This document shows, piece by piece, positions 1 through 9,189 of a stretch of 64,000 bases of DNA. The position numbers and the translations under genes are program-made. This stretch comes from an uncultured Planctomycetales bacterium (GTDB lineage: Bacteria; Omnitrophota; Gorgyraeia; Gygaellales; Profunditerraquicolaceae): NCBI GenBank assembly GCA_964545575.1, contig CAZJFL010000002.1, forward strand, positions 59,564 through 123,563, in the 5' to 3' direction. Position 1 is the stretch's first letter. Every line of letters starts with the position of its first letter. The notes under the pieces were generated by a model. It saw nothing but the letters and a program-made list of their open reading frames with translations. It was not told the origin of the DNA and made no database searches.

Positions 1-1084
1 GCTCTTTAGCTGCTTCTGCCATCTCTGGAATGCTATTGCCGCCGTCAGACCAGCGAGAATGCGCATGCAAGTCCCCTCTTATGTCCCTTAACTCTATTAA
101 ATCAGGGAGCTTATTTATTTGCGCCAGCTCTATTTCTCCGGTATCTTCCCTTAATTCCGGCGGCACATAGGACATGCCTAGCGCCTTAAAAACTTCTTCC
201 TCGCTGCGCCCGGCGATAGATTTTGTTCCTTTAAATATTCCGTATTCGTTTAATTTTAAGCCCCTTCTGATCCCGAGCTGTCTTAATTTTATATTGAAAT
301 TTTTTGAGCCGGTAAAGTATATCAAGGCCGCACCGAAAGATTTGGCTTCTACTACCCGGCAGTCTACCTGCACGTTATCCTTGGTGCGCAGGGAAGATTT
401 GGTTTCTCCGTGAGCAAGGACTTCTTTTACCGGAGGAAGCCTGAGGAAGGTATCCATTATTTTTTTGGGTTTATCCGAAATCGCCAAAATATCTATATCT
501 CTGACGGTTTCTTTTTTCCGGCGCAGGCTCCCGGCAACGGAGATCTTTTTGACCTCGGGTATTTTTTCTAAAGGCTTCAAGAATTCATCCGCCGCCAACA
601 TCGCTTCTTCCAGGGTCATCCTTTCCTTGCCCTTTTTAACTATCGCGATGCCCTTGGCGATATTTTCTATGGTTTTTTCTTTGATGCCAAAGATACCTTT
701 TAGCTTACTTTTGGCAATAGCTTTTTCTAAATCAGAGATGCTCTTTATTTTTAATTTTTCGTAAAGGAGTTTGGCGGTTTTGGGGCCGACAGAAGGGATA
801 TTCAGCAGGTCCAGCAGCCCGGCAGGGATGCTTTTCTTTAAGTCTTGAAAAAGTTTGATTTTTCCGTTTTTAGCGAACTCTTTTATTCTTTCGGAGAGGT
901 CCTTGCCGATGCCGGAGATTTCTTCGAGGCGGTCCTCTTTGATAAAATCTTCGATATCCTGCGAAAGGCTTTCGATATTCTGCGCTGCCCGCTGATAGGC
1001 GCGCACGCGAAACACATTCTCACCTTTTATCTCTAAAATATTGGCAATATCGCGGAATATATTGGCTATTTCCAGATTCTTCAT
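1..1084 (-). CDS. polX: DNA polymerase/3'-5' exonuclease PolX family, N-terminal part; the gene continues past the window start and is not reported in the ORF track
   Basis: Reverse-strand translation from the ATG at 1082-1084 gives MKNLEIANIFRDIANILEIKGENVFRVRAYQRAAQNIESL...GSLRRKKETVRDIDIL...HAHSRWSDG. This is the Pol-beta-like N-terminus with helix-hairpin-helix motifs plus the start of a PHP domain. The reading frame stays open to position 1. Confidence 0.8.
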   Translation of the reverse strand, partial: MKNLEIANIFRDIANILEIKGENVFRVRAYQRAAQNIESLSQDIEDFIKEDRLEEISGIGKDLSERIKEFAKNGKIKLFQDLKKSIPAGLLDLLNIPSVGPKTAKLLYEKLKIKSISDLEKAIAKSKLKGIFGIKEKTIENIAKGIAIVKKGKERMTLEEAMLAADEFLKPLEKIPEVKKISVAGSLRRKKETVRDIDILAISDKPKKIMDTFLRLPPVKEVLAHGETKSSLRTKDNVQVDCRVVEAKSFGAALIYFTGSKNFNIKLRQLGIRRGLKLNEYGIFKGTKSIAGRSEEEVFKALGMSYVPPELREDTGEIELAQINKLPDLIELRDIRGDLHAHSRWSDGGNSIPEMAEAAKE

Positions 1085-1094
1085 ATTAATAGTT

Positions 1095-1166
1095 GTGTCA
1101 AGGTATCAGGTGTCAAGGTATCAGACGTTACTTACTTTGACACTTTGATACTTGACACTTTGATAC
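1095..1166. repeat. Family A palindromic element built from GTGTCAAGGTATCA / TGATACnnTGACAC units
   Basis: GTGTCAAGGTATCAGGTGTCAAGGTATCAG-loop-TTTGACACTTTGATACTTGACACTTTGATAC, upstream of polX. Confidence 0.8.
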
Positions 1167-1173
1167 CCTTCAA

Positions 1174-2100
1174 TTATACAGCCAAATTATAACTTGCTTC
1201 GATGGTCTTAATTAAATTAGTCAGCAGCGAGTTGACGGGTGTGGCGATGCCGAGTTCCTGCCCCTGCCGCACGATCACCCCGTTAATAAAATCTATTTCC
1301 GTGCGCTTCTTTCTCAACACATCCTGCAGCATTGAGGATATGTTTGTTGCCGTGGCTTCACAGACCGCTTCTACTTTTGCCAACGGGTCATCGTAGATTA
1401 ATTTGATGCGTTTGCGCTTGGCAATTTTGGTTGCTTCGCTGACCGCTTCCCTTAAAATCTTACCTGTTCCCTCGTATTCAATAATTTTTCCGTTAGGCAG
1501 GCGCGTTATCGCAGTAAGCGCGTTTATCCCGGCATTAATAATCAGTTTTGACCAGAGTAAGCCTTTGATATCGCGCGAGATCTTGGTTTCCATGTCGGAT
1601 TGGTTAAAGATTTCGCGGATAGAGCGTAGCTTGGGCGTGATTTTACCGTCCAGCCTTCCGATAATGGTTTCGCCGCGCCCTGCATGCCGCACGCTTCCCA
1701 CATCCGCCAGCGTCGCCCCCTGGTTAGTTACGCCTGCGATAACTTTTTCCGGGCCTACCATTTCGCTGATAATTTCTAAATTACCGATACCGTTTTGCAG
1801 TGTAAGCACGGTCGTGGCTTCGCCGATTAAGGGCTTGGCATGTTTTATCGCCTCTTTTGTATCGTAAGACTTAACGCTGATGATGACTAAGTCCGCTATG
1901 CCTATATTCCCGGGGTCAACGGTTATTTTAACATCGGCCTGCCAGCTGCCGGATAGGCCTTCGGCAATTATACCCTGTTTGCTGATTCTCTCGGCTCTTT
2001 CCCGGCGTTTATCTAAAAGCCATAATTCCTGTTTTGACCGGTGTAAAAGGGCGGCGGATAAACAACCCATTGCCCCGGGGCCCACGATAACTATTTTCAT
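1174..2100 (-). CDS. panE: 2-dehydropantoate 2-reductase (ketopantoate reductase)
   Basis: 308 aa with N-terminal MKIVIVGPGAMG Rossmann motif and the overall KPR/ApbA family pattern. Confidence 0.72.
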   Translation of the reverse strand: MKIVIVGPGAMGCLSAALLHRSKQELWLLDKRRERAERISKQGIIAEGLSGSWQADVKITVDPGNIGIADLVIISVKSYDTKEAIKHAKPLIGEATTVLTLQNGIGNLEIISEMVGPEKVIAGVTNQGATLADVGSVRHAGRGETIIGRLDGKITPKLRSIREIFNQSDMETKISRDIKGLLWSKLIINAGINALTAITRLPNGKIIEYEGTGKILREAVSEATKIAKRKRIKLIYDDPLAKVEAVCEATATNISSMLQDVLRKKRTEIDFINGVIVRQGQELGIATPVNSLLTNLIKTIEASYNLAV

Positions 2101-2114
2101 AAGTTTCCTGCCTC

Positions 2115-2882
2115 CTATTTCGCCAGAGCCAGAGCGCCATCCATCTTACTGAGCACCTTCTCGGATTTAAGGTCTTTTTCCAGATGGAACTTAAGGAACG
2201 AGTTTAAGACCAGCTCCAGCTCTTTTTTAATCTGGGGGTTCATCCCCAGCGTCAGCGCATCCTTAAAATTATTTTTTTCGATATGCAGTATCGACGCTAC
2301 CGTTCCCCTAAAAATTGAGCGGGCGGCAGCGTCTTTAGCGTAGCACTTGGCGCAAAGTAACCCTCCCTGCTTTAGGCTAAACTTAGATTCACCCAGTATT
2401 TTTCCGGCGCAGGAAACACAGGAATCAAGATGCGGCTTAAATCCCGAAAGTGCCAAGGCCTTGATTTTAAAAATGCTGATGACTTTATCGGGAGAGTAAC
2501 TTCTCTCTAGCTCATTAAGGCTATCGAGGGCAAGATTAAAAATTTCTTCATTCTTATCTTCCAGGGGCATGAGAATGTCTAGCATTTCGGCAATCACCAT
2601 CGCTGCCCCTATCTTGGGGATAGTCTGCCTGATGGCGCCGAAGTTATTGATGCTGTCGCATTGGCTGACCAGGTGCAGGGAAGAATTCCTTTTTTTATAA
2701 AAGATGATTTCGTTATGCGAAAAATGCTCTAATGTGCTGGCGAATTTAGCGGGATCCTCTTTTATCCCTTTGAGCAGGCCGCTTATCCTGCCGAAATCGC
2801 GGGTGTAGAAATTGGCGATTACCGAGGTCTCGCGAAAGTCGTATTTATTCAGGACTATGGCTTCGGTTTTATGGATAGGCAT
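2115..2882 (-). CDS. recO: DNA repair protein RecO
   Basis: 255 aa with RecO N-terminal OB-fold pattern (EAIVLNKYDFRETSVIANFYTRDFGRISGLLKG) and a C-terminal CxxC...CxxC zinc motif. Sits next to ybeY. Confidence 0.8.
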   Translation of the reverse strand: MPIHKTEAIVLNKYDFRETSVIANFYTRDFGRISGLLKGIKEDPAKFASTLEHFSHNEIIFYKKRNSSLHLVSQCDSINNFGAIRQTIPKIGAAMVIAEMLDILMPLEDKNEEIFNLALDSLNELERSYSPDKVISIFKIKALALSGFKPHLDSCVSCAGKILGESKFSLKQGGLLCAKCYAKDAAARSIFRGTVASILHIEKNNFKDALTLGMNPQIKKELELVLNSFLKFHLEKDLKSEKVLSKMDGALALAK

Positions 2883-3283
2883 ATATTTTGCGCCCTTTTC
2901 TGCATCAAATCTCTTTTTTTTTGGGTATTGTCATCGTATCCTAACAAATGCAGGGCGCCGTGGACTACATATAGATAAAGTTCGCCTGCCGGGGTAGTTT
3001 TAAAAATCCTGGCATTGCGCAGGGCGGCGTCAACAGATACGACTATGTCGCCCACTAATTCTTTCTTGGTATCGACAATATGAAAAGAGATTACGTCTGT
3101 AGCAGAGTATTCCCCGAGGTACAAAAGGTTTAGCTTTCGTATCTCTTCGTCGCTGGTAAAGCAGACAGTTATTTCACCCAGTTTTTTTATTCCTTCGGAC
3201 GAGAAGGCCTTAAGAACTGCTTTCTTTATCCTTTTCGGATAGATGGGGATTTTCTTTTGGAGATTTATTATGATTACTTTCAC
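2855..3283 (-). CDS. ybeY: rRNA maturation endoribonuclease YbeY
   Basis: 142 aa carrying the HGALHLLGYDD metal-binding motif. Part of the conserved phoH-7TM_HD-ybeY operon context. Confidence 0.85.
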   Translation of the reverse strand: MKVIIINLQKKIPIYPKRIKKAVLKAFSSEGIKKLGEITVCFTSDEEIRKLNLLYLGEYSATDVISFHIVDTKKELVGDIVVSVDAALRNARIFKTTPAGELYLYVVHGALHLLGYDDNTQKKRDLMQKRAQNICLSIKPKP

Positions 3284-4595
3284 TTTTTATATCTTTTTCA
3301 GGATAGGCGATCCGGCTGTGGTAGATGCCGTTTAAGATACGGATAAATACCGCCGCTATAGTCTCAAGGTTCTTCAAGGTTAAATCGCATTCGTCAAGCT
3401 GGCCGTCGATAAACTTGTTATTGATTATTTTATGCACCAGCTCTTCTATTTTTACCGGCGCAGGTTCTCTAAGCGTGCGGCATGCCGCCTCCACCGAATC
3501 CGCCAGTAATACGACTGCGCTTTCTTTGCTGTCCGGTTTAGGCCCCGGGTATCTAAACCCCTCTTCTTTTATCTCCTGATCGTCCTCTAAGCTTTCCAGG
3601 GCCCGGCGGTAAAAATAATAAACCAGGCTCTTACCGTGATGCTGGGCGATAAAATCTATAATGCGCTGGTTAAGTTTATATTTGCGCGCTAATTCCATTC
3701 CATCTTTTACGTGGTTCATGATCACCATCTTGCTCATCGTCGGGACGAGCCTTTCGTGTTTGCTTTGTTCTTCGTTCTGGTTTTCGCTGAAATACTCTGC
3801 CTTTTCGACTTTTCCTATATCGTGGTAATATGCCCCGATCCGGGCCAGCAGCGCATTAGCGCCTACCGCCCTGCAGGCAGCCTCCGATAAATTACCCACT
3901 ACCAGGCTATGGTAATAGGTCCCCGGCGCCTCCAGGATCATGCGTTGCAGCAGCGGATGGTTAAAATCTGCCAGCTCCAGGAGGCTGATGTTGGTGGTGG
4001 TTTTAAAGAGCATTTCAAATATCGGCAATGTCCCCAGCACAATAAAGCTTGAGACAACACCGTTTAACGTAAGCATGAGATATCGCAAAGGGTAATAAAC
4101 TTTAAGTCTATCCATCAGGAATAAAGTTATTGCCTCCAGGATCCCGACAATCAGCCCCGCCCTTATGATATCCAGGCGCCTGCGCGCGTTCAGCACGAGC
4201 AGGCTTGCGGCAATCCCGCCTACCAGGAAGGAAACTAGCAGATAAAAATTACCGCCTCTGATCATCGCCACAGAAACGGCAGCGGCCAGAGAAAGCGCAA
4301 GCGATATTTCTAGCTCTCCGAAAAGTATAGTCGCCAGCATCGGTATCAGGGAAAAAAGCAGGTAGACGGTAGACATTCCCTGCCCGATAATAAAATAGCT
4401 GCTGACAAAAACAATCACAAAAAGAAAAATGAGGTTTAAGAGGCTGTAATTTAACTTACTTAATTTAAGGTATATAAATAGGCAGAGCAATACCAGCGGG
4501 ATAATTAAACTGACCCCCAGAGCCCCGGCGGTTAAAAAAACCGATGCCGCCCCGATTATAAGTTTAATCTTATTTATCATGCGTAACCTTCTCAT
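3210..4595 (-). CDS. 7TM receptor with intracellular HD hydrolase domain (7TM-HD, YqfF-like)
   Basis: 461 aa with multiple N-terminal transmembrane helices and a C-terminal HD domain (YYHDIGK motif). Located between phoH and ybeY as in many bacteria. Confidence 0.75.
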   Translation of the reverse strand: MRRLRMINKIKLIIGAASVFLTAGALGVSLIIPLVLLCLFIYLKLSKLNYSLLNLIFLFVIVFVSSYFIIGQGMSTVYLLFSLIPMLATILFGELEISLALSLAAAVSVAMIRGGNFYLLVSFLVGGIAASLLVLNARRRLDIIRAGLIVGILEAITLFLMDRLKVYYPLRYLMLTLNGVVSSFIVLGTLPIFEMLFKTTTNISLLELADFNHPLLQRMILEAPGTYYHSLVVGNLSEAACRAVGANALLARIGAYYHDIGKVEKAEYFSENQNEEQSKHERLVPTMSKMVIMNHVKDGMELARKYKLNQRIIDFIAQHHGKSLVYYFYRRALESLEDDQEIKEEGFRYPGPKPDSKESAVVLLADSVEAACRTLREPAPVKIEELVHKIINNKFIDGQLDECDLTLKNLETIAAVFIRILNGIYHSRIAYPEKDIKSESNHNKSPKENPHLSEKDKESSS

Positions 4596-5532
4596 AGGCC
4601 TCGATTATCCTCTGCACTAAGGCATGCCTCACTACGTCAAAGCCGGTAAAATAGACGAACTTTATTCCCTCGATGTTTTTTAGGATATCCTGAGCCTGAA
4701 GCAGGCCGATAGGTTTTCCGTCCGGCAAATCGCTCTGGGTAATATCTCCGGTGATCACGGCTTTGGAATCAAACCCCAGGCGCGTGAGGAACATCTTCAT
4801 CTGCTCTGCCGTGCAGTTCTGGGCCTCATCGAGCACGATAAAAGCATCGTTTAAGGTCCTTCCGCGCATATAGGCCAGCGGCGCCACTTCAATAATCCCG
4901 GTTTCCAGGTATTTTTCTATGCGTTCGGCATCCACCATATCGTAAAGAGCGTCGTATAGCGGCCGCAAATAAGGGGATATTTTCTCCTGCATATCCCCGG
5001 GCAGGAATCCCAAAGATTCGCCGGCTTCTACTGCCGGGCGGGTAAGGATAATCCTGCGGACTTCCTGCTTTTTTAAAGCTTCTACTGCGGAGGCCATGGC
5101 CAGATACGTCTTGCCGGTGCCCGCAGGCCCGATACCAAACACAATATCGTGTTTTTTGATCGCCTCTACGTACTCAGACTGGCCTTTAGTTTTCGGGCCG
5201 ATGCCTTTGCCCCGGGAAGCCTGCTGCGCTACAATCATTTCTGGTAATCTATCCGGCGCTTCCAGAGCCTTCTTCTGTTTGAAACTCTTTACCAGGTAAT
5301 GCAGGTCTTCTTTACCTATTGCGGTCCGGTTTGTGCGGACGGCATTTAAGAGGTATTCCAGTAAACTAGAGCACTTACGGACATTGCTGCTTAAGCCGTT
5401 GATTTTAAGGAGTTCTCCGCGCAAGTTTATTTTGACCCGGAACTCCTTTTCTATCAGTTTGAGGTTATGGTCGTGGGAGCCGAAAAGCGCTTGCGCTTCT
5501 TCTTTGGTCTCTACCCTGATCACTTCTTCCAT
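4570..5532 (-). CDS. phoH: PhoH-like ATPase (YbeZ)
   Basis: 320 aa with Walker A motif GPAGTGKTYLA and PhoH family conservation. Followed by the 7TM-HD and ybeY genes. Confidence 0.9.
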   Translation of the reverse strand: MEEVIRVETKEEAQALFGSHDHNLKLIEKEFRVKINLRGELLKINGLSSNVRKCSSLLEYLLNAVRTNRTAIGKEDLHYLVKSFKQKKALEAPDRLPEMIVAQQASRGKGIGPKTKGQSEYVEAIKKHDIVFGIGPAGTGKTYLAMASAVEALKKQEVRRIILTRPAVEAGESLGFLPGDMQEKISPYLRPLYDALYDMVDAERIEKYLETGIIEVAPLAYMRGRTLNDAFIVLDEAQNCTAEQMKMFLTRLGFDSKAVITGDITQSDLPDGKPIGLLQAQDILKNIEGIKFVYFTGFDVVRHALVQRIIEAYEKVTHDK

Positions 5533-5537
5533 GCAGT

Positions 5538-6083
5538 TTATTTTAAGTTTTGCGCGGGTTCGCTAATCTTGGTTAAAGGCTCGACGGGGATGTTGATTAT
5601 CTGGCCTGGACGAAGCTGATCCGGCCCCTTTAAGCTGTCTTTATTAGCCCGGTAGATCTTATTCCATTTCTTGGTGGTCCCGTAGAACTTTTTGGAGATC
5701 TTCTGGAGGGTATCGCCTTTGGCGACCTTATATTTCTCCACATTTACTACGGCTTTGGTAGCGACAGTAGTTATATGCTCTGTAGCATAGCTTTCCTCGA
5801 ATACAGGTTCTTCTCTTTTAAGGAGCGGTTCGGCAGCGGTAGTTTTTTTAACTTTTGCGGCAGAACCCATCTCTATTTCCAGCACATGGACTGTACGCGT
5901 TGATTTCCTTTGCGGCTCTTCGTACTGCGCCGGCTGGCCCATCAGATATCCCCGGTTGCCGCCGCTGATTAGGTCTTGGTCGACTCTGTCTTTAGTAAGA
6001 GAATAGTTCCTGACAGCGCAACCGGCCATGGCCAAAGATAAAATTGCAATCCCTATTAACAAAATGCCGTTTAATTTTTTCAT
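5538..6083 (-). CDS. LysM domain lipoprotein
   Basis: Signal peptide with lipobox ([10 protein letters not shown]). C-terminal LysM motif ([18 protein letters not shown]...[10 protein letters not shown]). Confidence 0.6.
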   Translation of the reverse strand: MKKLNGILLIGIAILSLAMAGCAVRNYSLTKDRVDQDLISGGNRGYLMGQPAQYEEPQRKSTRTVHVLEIEMGSAAKVKKTTAAEPLLKREEPVFEESYATEHITTVATKAVVNVEKYKVAKGDTLQKISKKFYGTTKKWNKIYRANKDSLKGPDQLRPGQIINIPVEPLTKISEPAQNLK

Positions 6084-7477
6084 TCCTTTCTCCTTTCTTT
6101 TTTGACCGCTATGTTTAATTCTTTTAGCTGTTTTTCGTCCACATCCGCAGGCGCATCGGTTAAGGGACAGTATGCCTTCTGGGTCTTAGGAAAAGTAATT
6201 ACTTCCCGGATACTATCAACCCCCGCTAGTATTGCCAGCAGCCTATCCAGCCCGAAAGCAATGCCGCCGTGAGGGGGTGCGCCGAACTTAAAAGCCTCCA
6301 GGAGAAACCCGAATCTTTTATAGGCCTCATCCTTATTGATGCCGATAATTCTGAATACCTTCTCTTGCAACTGCTGGTTATGTATTCTAATCGATCCGGA
6401 GCCGATCTCATTGCCGTTTAAGACCAAATCATAAGAGCGCGATTTTACCTTATCCGGGCTTTTTTCTAATATATCCAGGTCCTCTTTGCGCGGCGAGGTA
6501 AAGGGATGGTGTTCGCTTTCCCAGCGTTTTTCTTCCGCGTTGTATTTAAAGAGCGGAAAATCCGTGACCCAGGCAAAAGCAAACTCGCTGTTTAATTCTT
6601 TTCTTAGGTCCGGCTTATCGCTGTTATATTTGCTTTGGGCTGCAGTGTAACTCAGGCGCGGGAAAGGAATTTTTAAATCGGCGCCTTTTAATTCTTTCAA
6701 GACCAGCTGCATCAACTTTTCTGATAAGGCAAAGATGTCTTCTTCGTCGATAAAAGACATCTCTAAATCAAGCTGGGTGAATTCCGGCTGGCGGTCGGCA
6801 CGCAGGTCTTCATCACGGAAGCACTTGGCGATCTGGTAATACCTTTCTATGCCTGAGACCATCAGGATCTGTTTAAATAGCTGCGGCGACTGCGGCAGGG
6901 CATAAAACTGCCCCGGATTAAGCCGCGAAGGAACCAGATAGTCGCGGGCGCCTTCCGGCGTAGATTTAGTCAGGATCGGGGTTTCGGATTCAATAAAGCC
7001 CTGCCGGCTGAGGTAATTGCGGATTATTTTATAAAGGTTGTCTCTCAGGATAAAGTTATTAAAGACTTTTTTTCTTCTTAAATCAAGATAGCGGTATTTA
7101 AGGCGCATCTCTTCGGTGACGTCCAGATTATCTTCGATTTCAAAAGGCGGGGTAATGCTCGGGTTTAAGATTTCCATGTCGAAGGCCTTTACCTCCACTT
7201 CCCCGGTGGGCAATTTGGGGTTTAGCGTGCCGGCCGGGCGGCTCTCTACTTTCCCGGAAACTTTGATCACAAATTCATTTCTTAGCTCCTGGGCTAATTT
7301 ATAAGCCTCTCCCGATTCTTTGGGAATAAAAACCACCTGCGTCAGGCCGTCGCGGTCGCGGATGTCAATAAAAACGAGTTTTCCGTGGTCGCGGCGGCTG
7401 GCTACCCATCCGCAGAGAGTCACTTCTTTACCGATATCGCCTGCCTTAAGTTCACCGCAGGTGTGGGTTCTTAGCAT
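6080..7477 (-). CDS. aspS: Aspartate--tRNA ligase, bacterial-type but lacking the GAD insertion domain
   Basis: N-terminal OB anticodon-binding domain, class II motif 2 [23 protein letters not shown] and motif 3 [10 protein letters not shown]. Only about 20 residues separate SDKPDLR from WVTDFPLF, where bacterial AspRS normally carries a ~130 aa GAD domain. Confidence 0.85.
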   Translation of the reverse strand: MLRTHTCGELKAGDIGKEVTLCGWVASRRDHGKLVFIDIRDRDGLTQVVFIPKESGEAYKLAQELRNEFVIKVSGKVESRPAGTLNPKLPTGEVEVKAFDMEILNPSITPPFEIEDNLDVTEEMRLKYRYLDLRRKKVFNNFILRDNLYKIIRNYLSRQGFIESETPILTKSTPEGARDYLVPSRLNPGQFYALPQSPQLFKQILMVSGIERYYQIAKCFRDEDLRADRQPEFTQLDLEMSFIDEEDIFALSEKLMQLVLKELKGADLKIPFPRLSYTAAQSKYNSDKPDLRKELNSEFAFAWVTDFPLFKYNAEEKRWESEHHPFTSPRKEDLDILEKSPDKVKSRSYDLVLNGNEIGSGSIRIHNQQLQEKVFRIIGINKDEAYKRFGFLLEAFKFGAPPHGGIAFGLDRLLAILAGVDSIREVITFPKTQKAYCPLTDAPADVDEKQLKELNIAVKKERRKE

Positions 7478-8712
7478 TTTAGTTCTTTAATTAAGTCTTC
7501 GGCTTTTAGCTCTCTTTGTGCCCCCGATTCCATATCCTTTAAGGTTACTACGCCTTTCTTAAGTTCATCCTCTCCTATAATCAGAACGTATCTGGCGCCT
7601 AAATCATTGGCCTGGCGCAGCGCACCTTTGAGGGATTTACCGGTATAATCGGTATCCGCAGGGATTCCAGCCTTACGCAGCAGATTTAATAATTTTAGGC
7701 CCTCTGCCTTGGCTTCTTCCCCCAAAGATATCAGGTAAACTAACTTGGGGCTTGGAGCTTGGAGCTTGGAGTCAGAAACCAAGAACAGCCTTTCTATGCC
7801 AAAGGCAAAACCCATGGCGCCGGTATCCGGGCCGCCTAATTCCTTAACCAGATTATCATATCTGCCGCCTGCGCCCAGGGCATCCTGAGCGCCTAATCTA
7901 TCGTGTATAATTTCAAAGACGGTGCTGGTATAATAATCCAGGCCGCGCACCAGGCGGGGATTTACGGCATACTTAATTCCTAAAGCATCCAGGCCTTTTT
8001 TCACCCCTTTGAAATGCCCGGCGCAGTCGGCGCAGAGATGTGCGTCGCCAAGCTTCAATGTTTTAATCACCTCAATACAGGCTTCATTTTTACAGTCCAG
8101 GACCCTTAAGATATTGGTTTCAAGCCTCCTGCGACAATCAGCGCAGAGCTTTGCGGTTTTATCTTTCAGGGATTTACCTAACACAGCTACTAACTTTGCT
8201 TTATCTTTGGTGCAGCCCAAGCTGTTAATTTCTATTTTATAATCGGTTATGGAAAAAGCTGCCAGCAGAGCGTCGGCCAGCGCAATCACCTCTGTATCCA
8301 CAGCGGCATCGTGGCCGCCAATGACTTCTACGCCTAAATGATGGAACTGGCGTAATCTTCCTTTTTGCGGCCGCTCCATGCGGAACATCGGCCCCAGGTA
8401 ATAGAGTTTTAAGAAGCCTTTAGTTTTATCCAGGCTATTTTCAAGATAGGCGCGTACCACCGAAGCCGTGCCTTCGGGCCGCAGGGCATATGTGTCGCGC
8501 TCCTTTTTAATCAGAAACATTTGTTTGCGCACGATTTCGGTGGATTCGCCGAGGGAACGGTTGAATAATGCCGCCTCCTCGATTAAAGGCGGGCGGATCT
8601 CCAGGTAATTATAAACAGAGAGTATGCTGCGGGCCGTATTCTCTATGGCCTGCCACCAGGATACTTCTTCGGGCAGTATATCTTTTGTTCCGGTTATTCT
8701 TTTAATCATCAA
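7471..8712 (-). CDS. hisS: Histidine--tRNA ligase
   Basis: 413 aa with N-terminal GTKDILPEE motif, class II core and C-terminal anticodon-binding domain. Contains an in-frame heptamer x3 repeat. Confidence 0.9.
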   Translation of the reverse strand: MMIKRITGTKDILPEEVSWWQAIENTARSILSVYNYLEIRPPLIEEAALFNRSLGESTEIVRKQMFLIKKERDTYALRPEGTASVVRAYLENSLDKTKGFLKLYYLGPMFRMERPQKGRLRQFHHLGVEVIGGHDAAVDTEVIALADALLAAFSITDYKIEINSLGCTKDKAKLVAVLGKSLKDKTAKLCADCRRRLETNILRVLDCKNEACIEVIKTLKLGDAHLCADCAGHFKGVKKGLDALGIKYAVNPRLVRGLDYYTSTVFEIIHDRLGAQDALGAGGRYDNLVKELGGPDTGAMGFAFGIERLFLVSDSKLQAPSPKLVYLISLGEEAKAEGLKLLNLLRKAGIPADTDYTGKSLKGALRQANDLGARYVLIIGEDELKKGVVTLKDMESGAQRELKAEDLIKELKC

Positions 8713-8758
8713 TATTTAGGCAGCGTCGATAAGATTAGCAGATAAGACGGGGTAAGAT

Positions 8759-9031
8759 TTATTTAACCTTTTTCTTCATATCCAGGCCTGGCTTAAAGAC
8801 CACTACTTTTCGAGGCGGGACAGGGACTACTTCGCCGGTACGAGGGTTTCTGCCGGTGCGGCTCTTCCTCTGTTTGATCTTAAAAACACCGAAGTTGCGC
8901 AGCTCTATTTTTTCCCCTCTTATCAGCGCCTCAACAATGCAATCAAAGGTTTTCTGCACGACGCGCTTTACGTCGGTCTGTTTTAAGTTCGTAGCATCGG
9001 AAACCTTCAGGATAATATCTTTCTTGGTCAT
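8759..9031 (-). CDS. hup: HU/IHF family DNA-binding protein
   Basis: The track ORF was trimmed to the internal Met (MTKKDIILKVSD...), which has an AAGGAGGG Shine-Dalgarno 5 nt upstream. Contains the HU signature GFGxFxxxxRxxRxGRNPxTGE. The longer track ORF start lies inside a repeat element. Confidence 0.85.
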   Translation of the reverse strand: MTKKDIILKVSDATNLKQTDVKRVVQKTFDCIVEALIRGEKIELRNFGVFKIKQRKSRTGRNPRTGEVVPVPPRKVVVFKPGLDMKKKVK

Positions 9032-9085
9032 CTTGACCCTCCTTAAGCGAGCAGGGGTTAACCCCGCCTTTGGCAGGGTAAGTTC

Positions 9086-9141
9086 GCGCATATAAGTTAT
9101 GTCGATTAACTAAGTAATAGCTATCTCCATAACTTATGCGC
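9086..9141. repeat. Family C hairpin element (GCGC/GGCC-ATATAAGTTATG ... CATAACTTAT-GCGC/GGCC)
   Basis: GCGCATATAAGTTATG-26 nt loop-CATAACTTATGCGC, between hup and dnaE. Confidence 0.8.
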
Positions 9142-9189
9142 TTACTTAACTATAATAACAGCAAAAACTTACGATGTCAAGAGGAAACT

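Noticed and set aside
174-1036. Three plus-strand ORFs (174-413, 465-764, 845-1036)
   Set aside because: They lie antisense to a continuous minus-strand PolX reading frame with clear family motifs, and are low-complexity translations of the opposite strand.
9032-9091. Longer N-terminus of the HU ORF (MRELTLPKAGLTPARLRRVK)
   Set aside because: It runs into the Family C repeat element. The internal Met has a strong AAGGAGGG Shine-Dalgarno and marks the canonical HU start.
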